Shown here: positions 9,824 to 21,099 of the stretch, in pieces
Position numbering within the stretch: position 1 is the first letter of the stretch
Layout of the letters: every line of letters begins with the position of its first letter
Assembly (NCBI GenBank): GCA_965649055.1
Contig: CBFGJG010000012.1
Location: forward strand, 1 to 46,864
Direction of reading: 5' to 3'
Source of the DNA: a candidate division WOR-3 bacterium
GTDB lineage: Bacteria > Hydrothermota > UBA3072 > B12-G15
Length of the DNA: 46,864 bases
The notes under the pieces: generated by a model
The model's input: the letters and a program-made list of their open reading frames with translations, nothing else
Told to the model about the DNA's origin: nothing
Databases searched by the model: none
Program-made: the position numbers and the translations under genes

Positions 9824-10335
9824 AACCCTCCTTTTGTTTCGCTACCTTCTTTCAAAATTTTATCATAGTATCTCTGGAACTTTATGAATTCTTCCTTTGA
9901 TAAATAATCCACTATTGTCTTACCATTCAGATGGTCAACCTCATGCTGGAATATCCTTGCGAGTAAATCCTCAACAACATATTCAACATTGTTCCCGTCA
10001 AGGTCTAAACCTTTTATTTTTATTTTTTTTGCTCTTTTTATATATATTGAAATTCCAGGAAAACTTAAACAACCTTCATCCATTACATCTTCACCTTCCA
10101 TTTCTGTTATTTCAGGATTTATAAGTATATAAGGTTCATCATCTGGTAATTGTGCAATTATAACCCTCATATCAAAACCAGCTTGATTTGCAGCAAGGCC
10201 AACACCATCTTCTTCCTTCATTATCTTAAACATTTTTTTAACAACCTTCCTTATATTATCATCTATTTTTTCAACCTTCTTTGTAACTGTTTTCAAAATT
10301 GGGTCAGGATAAATCCTTATCTTTTTCTTTTCCAT
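9820..10335 (-). CDS. def: Peptide deformylase (start reassigned to ATG 10335, MEKKKIRIYPDP)
   Basis: GVGLAANQ, EGCLS, QHEVDHLNG motifs. The upstream ORF-track extension lies inside aspS. Confidence 0.93.
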   Translation of the reverse strand: MEKKKIRIYPDPILKTVTKKVEKIDDNIRKVVKKMFKIMKEEDGVGLAANQAGFDMRVIIAQLPDDEPYILINPEITEMEGEDVMDEGCLSFPGISIYIKRAKKIKIKGLDLDGNNVEYVVEDLLARIFQHEVDHLNGKTIVDYLSKEEFIKFQRYYDKILKEGSETKGGL

Positions 10336-12022
10336 AAACAACAATCCCCAGTTCTTTGAGTTCTTTCTCTGAAACTTCATTTGGAGAACCTTCCATAAGC
10401 CCATATCCCTGATATGTCTTTGGGAATGCTATAACACTCCTTATGCTCTTCTCACCACAAAGTATCGCAACATATCTATCAAAACCTACTGCAATACCAC
10501 CATGTGGTGGTGCACCATAAGATAATGCTTCAAGCAGAAATCCGAATCTTTCATTTATTTCCTTATCAGTCATTCCCATTATCTTAAAAAGCCTTCTCTG
10601 TATCTCTGGATTATGATTTCTTATACTTCCGCTTGCAATTTCAATCCCGTTTATCACAAGGTCATACTGTCTTCCAATAGCCTTCAATGGTTCTCTTTCA
10701 ACATCTTCTATGCTTCTATCAGGTGATGTAAATATATGGTGGCAGGGAACAATATTCTTCGTTTCCTCATCATACTCAAACAATGGAAAATTCAAGACCC
10801 ATAGGATACTGAAACCTTTATCTTCAATAGTAAAAATTTCATCCCTTAACCTCCCAAGGAACTTCAATGTTTTCATCTTTTCACCTGATATTATAAATAT
10901 AGTCTCTCCTTCATCCATCCTGAATAATTCAGGGTTTTTTATATACTTCACAAAATTACCTTTATATTCATTCTCCCGTGCAATATACAATAAACCTTTT
11001 GCACCTTCTTTCTTTATTTTTTCTTCAAGTTCATTTATCTTCCCTCTTGTGTATATATTTTTTATTCTTATACCACCAGTGTATTCTGATTCTTTGAATA
11101 TCCTGAATTCCGAATCTTTCACTACCTCTGTAAAATCTTCTATTACTAATGGATTTCTTAAATCAGGTTTATCAGAACCGTATTTTTCCATCACCTCATT
11201 GTATGTAAATCTTGGAATTTCTTTTATTTCATACCCTATAATCTCTTTAAATACTAATCTTGTCATATCTTCGACAAGACTCAACACATCTTCCATTTCA
11301 ACAAATGACATCTCCAAATCAATCTGTGTGAATTCAAATTGTCTATCACCCCTTAAATCCTCATCTCTTAAACATCTTGCGAATTGATAGTATCTATCGA
11401 AACCTGATACCATAAGGATTTGTTTATAAATCTGTGGTGATTGTGCAAGTGCATAGAATTTACCTTTGTAAAGTCTTGAAGGAACAAGGAAATCCCTTGC
11501 CCCTTCAGGTGTTGATTTTGCAAGGATTGGTGTATCAACCTCAAGGAAGTTTCTACTATCAAGGAATTCCCTAACAATCTTCATAAATTTGTGTCTTAAC
11601 TCAAAGTTCTTTATCATGCTCTTTCTTCTCAGATCAAGGTATCTGTATTTTAGCCTTAAATCCTCCTGTGCCTTTACCTCTTCTTCCACGACAAAAGGTG
11701 GAACAGCAGATGTATTTAAAATCTCTATTTTTTCTGCAATAACCTCTATATCTCCGGTTGGATAATCCTTATTCTTCATATCATCTGGCCTTTCCGAAAC
11801 AACACCTTCAAAAAGGACAACCCATTCAAGCCCGATTTTCTTCACTGATTTCAAAAGTTCCTGGTCTTCCTTTATAACAACCTGTGTCTTTCCATATCTA
11901 TCCCAGATATCTATAAATACAATCTCACCGTGGTCCCTTATTTTTTTTATCCAACCCGCAATCTTCACCTTTCTTCCTGCATCTTTTAATTTCAATTCAC
12001 CACAATTAACGTTTCTTATCAT
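10304..12022 (-). CDS. aspS: Aspartate--tRNA ligase
   Basis: RLKYRYLDLR, STPEGARDFLVPSR, EFTQIDLE, GAPPHGGIAVGFDR. Confidence 0.97.
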   Translation of the reverse strand: MIRNVNCGELKLKDAGRKVKIAGWIKKIRDHGEIVFIDIWDRYGKTQVVIKEDQELLKSVKKIGLEWVVLFEGVVSERPDDMKNKDYPTGDIEVIAEKIEILNTSAVPPFVVEEEVKAQEDLRLKYRYLDLRRKSMIKNFELRHKFMKIVREFLDSRNFLEVDTPILAKSTPEGARDFLVPSRLYKGKFYALAQSPQIYKQILMVSGFDRYYQFARCLRDEDLRGDRQFEFTQIDLEMSFVEMEDVLSLVEDMTRLVFKEIIGYEIKEIPRFTYNEVMEKYGSDKPDLRNPLVIEDFTEVVKDSEFRIFKESEYTGGIRIKNIYTRGKINELEEKIKKEGAKGLLYIARENEYKGNFVKYIKNPELFRMDEGETIFIISGEKMKTLKFLGRLRDEIFTIEDKGFSILWVLNFPLFEYDEETKNIVPCHHIFTSPDRSIEDVEREPLKAIGRQYDLVINGIEIASGSIRNHNPEIQRRLFKIMGMTDKEINERFGFLLEALSYGAPPHGGIAVGFDRYVAILCGEKSIRSVIAFPKTYQGYGLMEGSPNEVSEKELKELGIVVYGKEKDKDLS

Positions 12023-13254
12023 TTTAACCTCTTTATTATTTCTTCTTTTAAAAATTTTACCTCTTCCTGGGAACCTGTTTTCATATTCTTCAGGATAACA
12101 ACCCCTTTCTTTATCTCATCTTCACCGAGAATGATAACAAATCTTGATTTTATCTTTTCAGCCTCCCTCATCTGTGATTTCAAACTTCTTTTTAAGAAAT
12201 CTTTCTCAGCCTTAATACCATCTTTTCTTAATTCTTCAAGTAATAAGAATCCTCTTCTTTCTGCATCATCACCAATTGAACATATGTAAACTTCTACACC
12301 TTTATCCTCATCATTCTTTTTCATCAACATAATAATCCTTTCCAAACCCATTGCAAAACCGCATGCTGGAATATCAGGTCCACCCATATTTTTAAAAAGA
12401 TTATCGTATCTTCCTCCACCACCGATTGCATCCTGAGAACCAAGTGATTTTGATGTAAATTCGAAAACAGTCCTTGTATAGTAATCAAGACCGCGGACAA
12501 GCTGTCTATCTATTTCGAATTTTATTTTTAATTCTTCAAGAGTATTTTTCAGGTTATTAAAATGTGTTAAACATTCATTGCATAAAAATTCTTTTATATC
12601 AGGAACATCCCTTATCCTTTCATTATCTATCTTGCAGTCAAGAACCCTTAAAGGATTTTTATCTATCCTTTCTTTACAATCATCACAAAGTTCTTCCCTC
12701 TTTTCTTTAAGATATTCCTTCAGTCTTTCAATATATATTTTTCTATCATCCTGACATCCAAGAGAATTTACCCTTACATAAAGGTCCTCTATCCCGATAT
12801 TATTCAATAATGAAAATCCAAGGGAAATAACCTCTGCATCAACATAGAATGAAGAACTCCCAATGTTTTCAGCCCCAAATTGTGTAAATTCCCTGTATCT
12901 ACCCTTCTGTGGTCTTTCCTGTCTGAACATCCTTTCAATATAATAAAATTTATTCTGCATACTTTTCTTATGTAAAGAATACTGAATAACAGCACGGACA
13001 ACAGAAGGTGTTCCTTCGGGTTTTAAGGTTAAAGACCTCCCTCCCTTATCAGTAAAAGTATACATCTGTTTCTGAACTATCTCTGTGTCTTCTCCTGTTG
13101 ATTTATTGAACAGTTCGGTCCTTTCGAATGTTGGAATCCTTATCTCCTTATAATTGTATATTTCACATATAATCCTTATCTTTTCTTCAAGTATCTGCCA
13201 GTATCTAACCTCTTCTGGGAGTATATCCTTTGTTCCTTTCACACACTCAAACAT
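12019..13254 (-). CDS. hisS: Histidine--tRNA ligase
   Basis: ERPQKGRYREFTQ, LVRGLDYYTRTVFEF, GGGRYD, GFAMGLER. Confidence 0.97.
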   Translation of the reverse strand: MFECVKGTKDILPEEVRYWQILEEKIRIICEIYNYKEIRIPTFERTELFNKSTGEDTEIVQKQMYTFTDKGGRSLTLKPEGTPSVVRAVIQYSLHKKSMQNKFYYIERMFRQERPQKGRYREFTQFGAENIGSSSFYVDAEVISLGFSLLNNIGIEDLYVRVNSLGCQDDRKIYIERLKEYLKEKREELCDDCKERIDKNPLRVLDCKIDNERIRDVPDIKEFLCNECLTHFNNLKNTLEELKIKFEIDRQLVRGLDYYTRTVFEFTSKSLGSQDAIGGGGRYDNLFKNMGGPDIPACGFAMGLERIIMLMKKNDEDKGVEVYICSIGDDAERRGFLLLEELRKDGIKAEKDFLKRSLKSQMREAEKIKSRFVIILGEDEIKKGVVILKNMKTGSQEEVKFLKEEIIKRLK

Positions 13255-13538
13255 ACAAATATTCCCCCTGCAAGATCAATAAAAAAATCAATAAAAGATG
13301 GGTATCTACCCGGTATTAGAAATTGATGCAGTTCATCAAAAGCTGCGATTAATATTAAAAAGATTAACATTTTACATTTTTTAACCCTGAAACTCGCAAG
13401 AAATAGAATAGAAAGTGTTGCATAGAAGAAGAAATGAGATAAAGACGAAAGTAATGTTGTCGTTGAAATAAGTCTATTTTGGGGAATGGAAGTAAGAATT
13501 AATGTTATAAAGAGCCATATAAAAAAATATTTCTTCAT
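13239..13538 (-). CDS. VanZ-like membrane protein
   Basis: HFFFY...DELHQFLIPGRYPSFIDFFIDLAG; three hydrophobic segments. Confidence 0.85.
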   Translation of the reverse strand: MKKYFFIWLFITLILTSIPQNRLISTTTLLSSLSHFFFYATLSILFLASFRVKKCKMLIFLILIAAFDELHQFLIPGRYPSFIDFFIDLAGGIFVCLSV

Positions 13539-13948
13539 CCCGGTTCCCTTTTAAATACACTTCTTATATTTTCAAGACTATTTGATTTTAATATCTCTTT
13601 CCTCACAGAGGGTATATTTAAGAGCCTAAAAAAATAAGAAACAAATCTTGCAAAATCATCTTTTTTCTTAGGAAATATGAGTAGTATAATGATATTTACA
13701 GGTATCCCATCATACGATTTTAAATTAAAATCATCTCTTGATATACCTATGTAAACCTCTTCTTCTTTTATATCTCTCATAACCCTTATAAAATATATAC
13801 CTTTACCAATACTGAACATAAACATTTTCCTTTCATCTATAATCTCTTTTATCATATCTGAATATCCTGATTTTTCAAGTAATTCTATTAAAGATTCTTT
13901 ACCTTTTTTTTCAAGTATAAAGAAATCCTGGATATTCTCCCATATCAT
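13535..13948 (-). CDS. Degenerate PTS EIIA type-2 (Ntr/fructose-like) domain protein
   Basis: ER...SIGKGI and SYDGIPVNIIILLI resemble EIIA-2 motifs, but the phosphoacceptor IPH motif is absent. Confidence 0.65.
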   Translation of the reverse strand: MIWENIQDFFILEKKGKESLIELLEKSGYSDMIKEIIDERKMFMFSIGKGIYFIRVMRDIKEEEVYIGISRDDFNLKSYDGIPVNIIILLIFPKKKDDFARFVSYFFRLLNIPSVRKEILKSNSLENIRSVFKREPG

Positions 13949-15255
13949 AATATATATTTCGTAAGGTCTTCGCTTTTTAAAATTGGCTGTATCCTGTTCA
14001 AAACATAATCCCTTGTTATTTTTACTTTTTTACTATCTATATCAGGTATGTTAAAAAGGAATTCCTCTAATACCGCAGATAAAACTGTTGAAAGCCTTCT
14101 TGCACCAATGTTTTCACTCTTTGTATTCACTTCATAACTTATATGTGCAATCTCCTTTATTGCGTCTTCTTCAAATTCAAGTTCAATATCTTCTGTCTTA
14201 AATATTGCTTTATACTGCTTTATAAGTGAGTTTTCCGGTTGAACAAGTATTCTGTAAAAATCATCCTCTGTTAAAGGATTAAGTTCAACCCTTATAGGAA
14301 ATCTACCCTGGAATTCCGGTATCAGTTCTGATGGCTTTCTTAAGGAAAAAGCACCTGCACCTATAAATAATATATGACTTGTGTTTACAATACCGTATTT
14401 TGTCATAACATCCGTTCCTTCAACAATCGGTAATAGGTCCCTCTGGACACCAATCCTTGATACATCAGGTCCATGTGTTTCAGAACCCACAATCTTGTCT
14501 ATTTCATCTATAAATATCATACCCTGATTTTCTACCCTTCTTTTTGCTTCGGATGCTACCTCTTCCATATCTATCATCTTGTCTGCTTCTTCCTGCTTGA
14601 AAATCTCAAGTGCTGTTTTAACATTTATAGTTTTTCTTTTACCCTGCCCTGAAAATATATTTGATATGGTATCCTGAAGATTCATCTGGAGTTCCTCAAG
14701 ACCAACACCTCCTATTATCTCAAACATCGGTTTAGGCCTTTTTACTGATTCAATCTCTATCTTCATATCATCAAGTTTTCCTTCAAGCAGAAGTTCTTTT
14801 AGATAATTCTTATCCTCAGGGGTGTATTTTTTTTCCTTTCTCATTATAATATCAAGAACCTTTTCTATTGCAGCGTTCTGTGCCTTAACCTCTACTTCTT
14901 TTATCTTTTCAGATTTAACCATCGCAACTGCAGAATTCATAAGGTCCCTTACCATAGATTCAACATCCCTTCCAACATATCCTACTTCTGTGTATCTTGT
15001 TGCCTCTACCTTTATGAATGGTGAATTTGTAATCTTTGCGAGCCTTCTTGCTATTTCCGTTTTTCCTACACCTGTAGGGCCTATCATAAGTATGTTATTG
15101 GGATAGATTTCATCCCTTAAAGGACCTTGAACATTCATCCTTCTCCATCTATTCCTCATTGCAATGGCCACTGCTATCTTTGCTTTCTCCTGACCCACTA
15201 TGAACTTATCAAGTTCTCTAACTATCTCTTTTGGTTTTAATACTATCTCGTTCAA
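13945..15255 (-). CDS. hslU: ATP-dependent protease ATPase subunit HslU (TTG start)
   Basis: [44 protein letters not shown]. Confidence 0.97.
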   Translation of the reverse strand: MNEIVLKPKEIVRELDKFIVGQEKAKIAVAIAMRNRWRRMNVQGPLRDEIYPNNILMIGPTGVGKTEIARRLAKITNSPFIKVEATRYTEVGYVGRDVESMVRDLMNSAVAMVKSEKIKEVEVKAQNAAIEKVLDIIMRKEKKYTPEDKNYLKELLLEGKLDDMKIEIESVKRPKPMFEIIGGVGLEELQMNLQDTISNIFSGQGKRKTINVKTALEIFKQEEADKMIDMEEVASEAKRRVENQGMIFIDEIDKIVGSETHGPDVSRIGVQRDLLPIVEGTDVMTKYGIVNTSHILFIGAGAFSLRKPSELIPEFQGRFPIRVELNPLTEDDFYRILVQPENSLIKQYKAIFKTEDIELEFEEDAIKEIAHISYEVNTKSENIGARRLSTVLSAVLEEFLFNIPDIDSKKVKITRDYVLNRIQPILKSEDLTKYIL

Positions 15256-15779
15256 ATTTCCTCCATATAAATTTTATCATTTGTATATATGCATATTTCT
15301 GATGCTATTTTTAAGGATTTTTCAACAATCTCTTTTGCTGAAAGTTCCGTATTCCTTAAAAGTGCCCTTGCAGCTGCAAGTGCATAAGGACCACCTGAAC
15401 CTATCGCAATTATATCATCGTCAGGCTGTAAAACCTCTCCATTACCTGAAATGAGAAAACTTTCAGATCTATCCATAACTATAAGAATCGCATTCAGCTG
15501 TCTTAAATACTTATCTGTCCTCCATTCCTTTGCGAGTTCAACTGCTGCCTTTTTCAGTTCATTATACCTTTCAAGCATCTTCTCGAATCTTTCAAACATT
15601 GCAAGTGCATCTGCTACACCACCAGCAAATCCTAGTAATATGCTATTGTCTTTTATCTTCCTTATTTTTTTAGCATTCATTTTTACAATTGTATCTTCCA
15701 TTGTTACCTGACCATCACATCCTATTACGGTTTTACCAAATCTTCTTACACCTATAACTGTTGTTCCTCTAAATCTCAT
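15252..15779 (-). CDS. hslV: ATP-dependent protease peptidase subunit HslV
   Basis: TTVIGV...[29 protein letters not shown]. Confidence 0.97.
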   Translation of the reverse strand: MRFRGTTVIGVRRFGKTVIGCDGQVTMEDTIVKMNAKKIRKIKDNSILLGFAGGVADALAMFERFEKMLERYNELKKAAVELAKEWRTDKYLRQLNAILIVMDRSESFLISGNGEVLQPDDDIIAIGSGGPYALAAARALLRNTELSAKEIVEKSLKIASEICIYTNDKIYMEEI

Positions 15780-18495
15780 CGAACTTTAACCTCCTTTTTA
15801 TATTTAAGGAAATACTTTTAAGTTTTTCACTCTCTTCTCTGAATGTTTTCATATCAGATAATTTATCATAACATGAACAAATTTCAAGTATTGAACAGTT
15901 TTCTTTACAATATTTTAAGGCTTTTGTTCCATAAAGCCTTGCATTTTTTTTATCACCTATACTATCATAGGCAAGTGCAAGATAAATGAGGATTTTTGCC
16001 TTAAGTTCCTGAAATTGTGTATTTTTAAAATTTTCAAGTATTCTTATAGCAACTGATGGTTTACCATTCAATATATGGTAATATGATTCAAGGGTAAGTA
16101 TTTTTTTCTTAAGCCTTTCTGACTTAAGTTCTTCCGAAATTTTCTTTGCTTTTTTCAGAAAAAATTCTGCATCTGATGTTTCATTCAATTTCAAATATAT
16201 TTCTGAAATTTCATAATATAGCTCGAAAAGATTTTCGAGCGATTTGTTTCTTTTCATAATTTCAATAGCACTTTTAAGATAGTCTATTGAATTCCTAAAA
16301 TCACCCTTTATATTATAAATCCTTCCAATACTATATCTTGCTTCTCCTTCAAGATAGTCAAAAGAGAATTCCTTAGAAAGTTCAAATGCATCTTTGTATA
16401 GATTCAAGGCATTTATAATATCACCCTCTTTTTCAAAAACAAGACCAAGATTTATATAAACATTTATTATTGAGTATATATCTCCAATAGATTTAAAACC
16501 CTGAAGTGCCTTTTCATAGTATACCTTTGCAGTTGTAAAGTTCGATTTCAAGAAGAATATTGCAGCTATCCTGTTATTTATAATAGAAATCCAGTGGGTA
16601 TTATCAATGCAATTTGCTAAAAGCAGTGCCTTTTCAAGATTTTTTATACCCTTATCATATTCCCTCATCTTTATATTTACACCACCAAGTGCAGCATATG
16701 CCTCCATAAGATATTCAGGCTCTTTTAGTTTTTCAACTGCTTTTTTAGCATTTATATATGCCCTTTCAATATCACCAATCTTTATAAACAACTCTGAAAG
16801 GAAAGGAAGTGCTATATCACCAATTAAGTTCAATGTGTTATATGCCTCTTTCATCTCTCCTAATTTTGCAAGTGTTTTTGACTTTTTTAGTAATATCTCT
16901 TTATCTGGTTCTATTTTTAAAGCCTTATCAAAATATTCTAATGATTTTCTTAATTTACCAATTCTATAGTAATAATCAGCCTTTCTTAAATAAAATTCTT
17001 TTTTCAGAAACCATTCCTCATCTTTATATTCTTCGATATGGCTAAGAATTCCTTCATATTCTTCTGGCAGGAATTTACCAAAGCTATCTTCAAGATATTT
17101 TAGGTATTCAATATGTGCTTCTTTTGGCATTCCTGCTTTACAGTAAAAATCACCTGAAACTTTCCTGTTTTTAATCTTTGAAAAATACTCTGCAATCTTG
17201 ACATAATAACTCCGGGCATCTTCTTTCAGTATATCTTTTATCTCGTCAACAAATAAACCTGAATTCTCTGCTTTCTCAATAACAGATAGGACTATGTTTT
17301 CTTCTATCGAAGTTAATTCAGAAACTACATTTGAATCAAAGTTTTCACCTAATACAGTGCTTACTTTAAGGATTTCCTTTTCATTTTCATTAAATCTTTC
17401 ATAAAAATTTCTTTTGACCTCTTCAATATAATTATATTCACTAAAATCGATTTTTTCAAAATCATTGAGATTTATAAAGTGTTTAACGATTTTTATTATC
17501 TTTCCCGGATTACCTTTTGTCTCTTTGAATATGAAGTTAACAAACTCGTTTTTAAAATTTCTGCTTCCAACAAGTGATTCAACAAGTTCACCGGTTTCAT
17601 AAATGTCAAGATTTTCTATCCTTATATTTTTTATATTATCTATTTTTTTAACGCTTGATGTTATTAAGAATACCTTAGAAGTTTTATAGATAGATTTTTT
17701 TATCATATCTTGAATTTCAGGAAACACATCAATATCATCTATGGATAAGAATAAGGGCTTTTTTATAGAGTATTCTTTTAATCTAAGCATAAAAACATCT
17801 TCCACATTATACATATCCTTTCCACCAAAAAAATCAAAGAATTCTTCTCTTTTCTTCCCACTTATAATCTTCGTTTCAAAACCTGTTATCTGTGCGTATA
17901 TTGAAGATTCCTGAATAAGCCTTGTTTTCCCAACCCCATAATCACCATAAAGGTTTACTATTAAAGAGTTCCCATTTAAAACGCTATCTATCATTTTTCT
18001 AATCTTTGAAAGTTCACTTTTTCTACCTATAATTCTTCCCTTCCATCTCCTCTTTTTCTTAAAATCGTACATCCTCTTGTCAGCAACATCATAAAGATTC
18101 TCAAAACTTGTTCCATCTTCGGGAAAAGATGCTATACCAAATGATAAGCTAATACAAAGTTCTGGTTCACCTTTAAATTTTTTACCGGTGAGTAAACCAG
18201 AAATCTTTTCCGTAAATTTCAATGGATTATTTCTTAAAACTATTAAAAACTCGTCTCCTCCCCATCTTGAAACTATTTCATCTTCAGATATTGTTTCCTT
18301 CAAGAACTGGGAAACTTCTTTGAGAATTTCATCTCCTCTTTTATGCCCAAAATTATCATTTATACTCTTGAAGAAATCTATATCAGCAAAGATAATATGA
18401 AATTTCTTATTCTCGGTTATGAGTAATTTTATCTTTCTTAATACAGAATCCCTTTTTTCAAGACCTGTCAGCTCATCATATTGTTGGGGGTTCAT
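15769..18495 (-). CDS. Diguanylate cyclase fused to a STAND-type P-loop NTPase and C-terminal TPR repeats
   Basis: N-terminal [35 protein letters not shown]; Walker A GDYGVGKT; Walker B LSIDDID; TKGNP (GxP); multiple TPR-like helices. Confidence 0.88.
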   Translation of the reverse strand: MNPQQYDELTGLEKRDSVLRKIKLLITENKKFHIIFADIDFFKSINDNFGHKRGDEILKEVSQFLKETISEDEIVSRWGGDEFLIVLRNNPLKFTEKISGLLTGKKFKGEPELCISLSFGIASFPEDGTSFENLYDVADKRMYDFKKKRRWKGRIIGRKSELSKIRKMIDSVLNGNSLIVNLYGDYGVGKTRLIQESSIYAQITGFETKIISGKKREEFFDFFGGKDMYNVEDVFMLRLKEYSIKKPLFLSIDDIDVFPEIQDMIKKSIYKTSKVFLITSSVKKIDNIKNIRIENLDIYETGELVESLVGSRNFKNEFVNFIFKETKGNPGKIIKIVKHFINLNDFEKIDFSEYNYIEEVKRNFYERFNENEKEILKVSTVLGENFDSNVVSELTSIEENIVLSVIEKAENSGLFVDEIKDILKEDARSYYVKIAEYFSKIKNRKVSGDFYCKAGMPKEAHIEYLKYLEDSFGKFLPEEYEGILSHIEEYKDEEWFLKKEFYLRKADYYYRIGKLRKSLEYFDKALKIEPDKEILLKKSKTLAKLGEMKEAYNTLNLIGDIALPFLSELFIKIGDIERAYINAKKAVEKLKEPEYLMEAYAALGGVNIKMREYDKGIKNLEKALLLANCIDNTHWISIINNRIAAIFFLKSNFTTAKVYYEKALQGFKSIGDIYSIINVYINLGLVFEKEGDIINALNLYKDAFELSKEFSFDYLEGEARYSIGRIYNIKGDFRNSIDYLKSAIEIMKRNKSLENLFELYYEISEIYLKLNETSDAEFFLKKAKKISEELKSERLKKKILTLESYYHILNGKPSVAIRILENFKNTQFQELKAKILIYLALAYDSIGDKKNARLYGTKALKYCKENCSILEICSCYDKLSDMKTFREESEKLKSISLNIKRRLKFDEI

Positions 18496-19912
18496 AATTC
18501 GGCGGTTCCTTCGTGATTGTTATATCATGTGGATGACTTTCCTTTAAACCTGCATTTGTTATCTTTATAAATCTTGCCTTCTTTTGTAATTCTTTTATAT
18601 TCTTTGAACCTGTATATCCCATACCTGCCTTAAGACCACCCACGAGCTGAAAAACAACCTCTTTTACAGAACCCCTGTAAGGAACCCTTCCAACAACCCC
18701 TTCCGGAACAAGTTTTTCCTTTTCAAGATATCTATCAGAACCGCCTTCCCTCATAGCATCTATTGAGCCCATACCGCGATAGACCTTATATTTTCTACCT
18801 TCAAGGTATATTGTTTCTCCCGGTGCTTCTTCTGTCCCTGCAAGAAGATTACCTATCATAACAGAGTCTGCACCTGCTGCAATTGCCTTTGTAATATCTC
18901 CGGAATATTTAATACCACCATCCGCTATAACAGGTATATTTTTCTTTTCTGCTGCAACACATTTTATTGCTGAAACCTGGGGTATCCCAATTCCCGCTAC
19001 AACCCTTGTTGTGCAAATGGAACCAGGTCCTATTCCTACCTTTATACCATCAACATCAAGTTCTACAAGTTTTTTTGCAGCTTCCTGCGTTCCGATATTC
19101 CCAACAACAATGTCAACATCTATTATATCCCTCAATCTCTTTGCAATCTGTATAACCTTCTCAGAATGTCCGTGAGCAGTATCTATCACTATCGCATCTG
19201 CTCCTGCTTTTACAAGTTCTTTAGCCCTATCAATTGTGTCAGGAGCAGTTCCAACAGCGCCGGCACATCTTAACCTTCCTCTGTCATCCCTTGCAGCATA
19301 AGGAAAATCTATCCTCTTCAAAATGTCTTTCACCGTTATTAAACCTATCAATCTTCCATCCTTTTTCACAATAGGAAGTTTTTCAACCTTTTCCTTTTTA
19401 AATATCTCCTTTGCCTTTTCAATAGTAACACCTTCTTCTGCAAGGATAAGTTTTTCAACAGGTGTCATAATCTCTTTCACCTTCATTTTCATATTATCTT
19501 CAAAAAGCAAGTCCCTTTTAGTTATGAGCCCTATAAGAATCCCATTGTTATCAACAACAGGAAGACCCGAAATATTATTTTTCTTCATTAAATCAAGTGC
19601 CGTTTTTATATTATCTTCAGGTGATAATGTTATAGGATTCATAATCATTCCTGATTCAAATCTCTTTGTTTTTTCTATCTCTTCAGCCTGTTTTTTTATG
19701 CTCATATTCTTGTGTATTACACCTATTCCACCTTCGAGCGCAACCGCAATTGCCATCGAAGATTCTGTAACAGTATCCATTGCTGCAGAAACAATAGGAA
19801 TATTTATTTTTATATTTCTCGAAAACATTGTTGAAACATCAACCTGTGAAGGTAAGATATCCGAGTACTCAGGGAGTATAAGAACATCATCAAAAGTTAA
19901 AAATTCTTCCAT
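18476..19912 (-). CDS. guaB: IMP dehydrogenase with CBS pair
   Basis: LTFDDVL, SAAMDTVTE, GIGPGSICTTR, ADGGI, YRGMGS. Confidence 0.98.
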   Translation of the reverse strand: MEEFLTFDDVLILPEYSDILPSQVDVSTMFSRNIKINIPIVSAAMDTVTESSMAIAVALEGGIGVIHKNMSIKKQAEEIEKTKRFESGMIMNPITLSPEDNIKTALDLMKKNNISGLPVVDNNGILIGLITKRDLLFEDNMKMKVKEIMTPVEKLILAEEGVTIEKAKEIFKKEKVEKLPIVKKDGRLIGLITVKDILKRIDFPYAARDDRGRLRCAGAVGTAPDTIDRAKELVKAGADAIVIDTAHGHSEKVIQIAKRLRDIIDVDIVVGNIGTQEAAKKLVELDVDGIKVGIGPGSICTTRVVAGIGIPQVSAIKCVAAEKKNIPVIADGGIKYSGDITKAIAAGADSVMIGNLLAGTEEAPGETIYLEGRKYKVYRGMGSIDAMREGGSDRYLEKEKLVPEGVVGRVPYRGSVKEVVFQLVGGLKAGMGYTGSKNIKELQKKARFIKITNAGLKESHPHDITITKEPPNYEPPTI

Positions 19913-20616
19913 AAAAAAACCCCTTTCATTGTGAATTTTATTTCACCAATTAAGCCCACAATATTTTTATTAACTTTAACATTAAAATTTCCACCTCTTG
20001 TAATGAACAAAAATTTATCAATATATCTTTTTTGATTAAGATAGAATGCAACTGATGCTATCCCGCTTCCACAGGAAAGTGTTTCATTTTCAACACCTCT
20101 TTCATATGTTCTAATAATTACTTTATTTCTTTTTATTGAATAAAAATCAACATTATTCCTTTCTTCAAGAAAATTTGATAGTTCAAAACCTTTCTTCAGT
20201 ATATCAACATTATCAATGTTATCAGTCTCTACAAGAAGATGCGGAACACCACAACGAACAATTACAGGATTTTCACTTTCAATCTTACAAAAAGGGATAT
20301 CCATCTGGACATTATCTTTAACTATCCTGCAATGGACCTTACCGGAATCTGTCCTGATTTCACCCTCACTCTTTACCAAACCGTTTTTATAAAGATGAAG
20401 AAATAAAACCCTTACACCATTACCGCACATAGATGCCCTTGTACCATCAGGATTATAAAACCACATCCTATTATTTTCATATACAATCAACCCATCGCCG
20501 CCAACACCATATATCCTGTCCAGTATGATCTTTGGCAGGTCTTTATCAAAATATTTTTTTTCTATTATAACAAAATCATTACCTGAACCAACACCTTTTA
20601 CAAAATTAATCTCCAT
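19897..20616 (-). CDS. dapF: Diaminopimelate epimerase (compact)
   Basis: GSGNDF, MCGNGVR, RTYERGVENETLSCGSG; both catalytic Cys present. Confidence 0.9.
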   Translation of the reverse strand: MEINFVKGVGSGNDFVIIEKKYFDKDLPKIILDRIYGVGGDGLIVYENNRMWFYNPDGTRASMCGNGVRVLFLHLYKNGLVKSEGEIRTDSGKVHCRIVKDNVQMDIPFCKIESENPVIVRCGVPHLLVETDNIDNVDILKKGFELSNFLEERNNVDFYSIKRNKVIIRTYERGVENETLSCGSGIASVAFYLNQKRYIDKFLFITRGGNFNVKVNKNIVGLIGEIKFTMKGVFLWKNF

Positions 20617-20989
20617 AACCTGCTATAACCTCTATCTCAATTTCTGCATTTTTTGGTAGTTCCTTTACTGCTATTGTTGCCCTTGCCGGGTAAGGTTTTG
20701 AAAAGAATGTGGAGTAGACATCGTTAACATCCTTAAAATTTGCCATATCTTTAAGGTATATCGTTGTTTTTAATATATTTTTCATATCAAGACCAATTGA
20801 GTTTAAGATGTTCTTTATATTTGTCAAAACAACTTCTGTCATCTTTCTTATATCACCCTGAATTAGATTACCTGTTGTTGGGTCTATAGGGATTTGACCC
20901 GAGACAAAAACGAGATTCCCGAATTTTATAGCCTGACTATAAGGGCCTATAGCTTCGGGTGCTTTATCACAACTGATTTCTTCTTTCAT
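20606..20989 (-). CDS. ridA: RidA/YjgF reactive-intermediate deaminase
   Basis: APEAIGPYSQA, VSGQIP, PARAT, LPKNAEIEIE. Confidence 0.93.
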   Translation of the reverse strand: MKEEISCDKAPEAIGPYSQAIKFGNLVFVSGQIPIDPTTGNLIQGDIRKMTEVVLTNIKNILNSIGLDMKNILKTTIYLKDMANFKDVNDVYSTFFSKPYPARATIAVKELPKNAEIEIEVIAGYGD

Positions 20990-21007
20990 AACTCCTCCAT
21001 TTTTACG

Positions 21008-21036
21008 AATATATAGAATTTTTGAGATATTGTCAA
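21008..21036 (-). promoter_or_regulatory. Sigma70 promoter heading the ridA-to-DUF4412 operon
   Basis: Minus strand TTGACA (21036-21031), 17-nt spacer, TATATT (21013-21008); GGAGGAG RBS. Confidence 0.65.
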
Positions 21037-21099
21037 TTTTTTTATTTGAATTAAAAAATATGGAATAAAAACCTATTAAATGCGTAATATATATAAAAC

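Noticed and set aside
10336..10404. ORF-track N-terminal extensions of def (also 24729, 25845 and 43100 starts)
   Set aside because: They overlap the upstream gene or promoter; family similarity or the RBS points to downstream ATGs (10335, 24786, 25878, 43145).
10710..11387. Long antisense ORFs (also 19323..19934, 37908..38387, 39029..39517, 29260..29658 and similar)
   Set aside because: They lie opposite well-conserved genes and are Ser/Phe/Ile-rich, as expected for shadows of Lys/Glu-rich coding strands.
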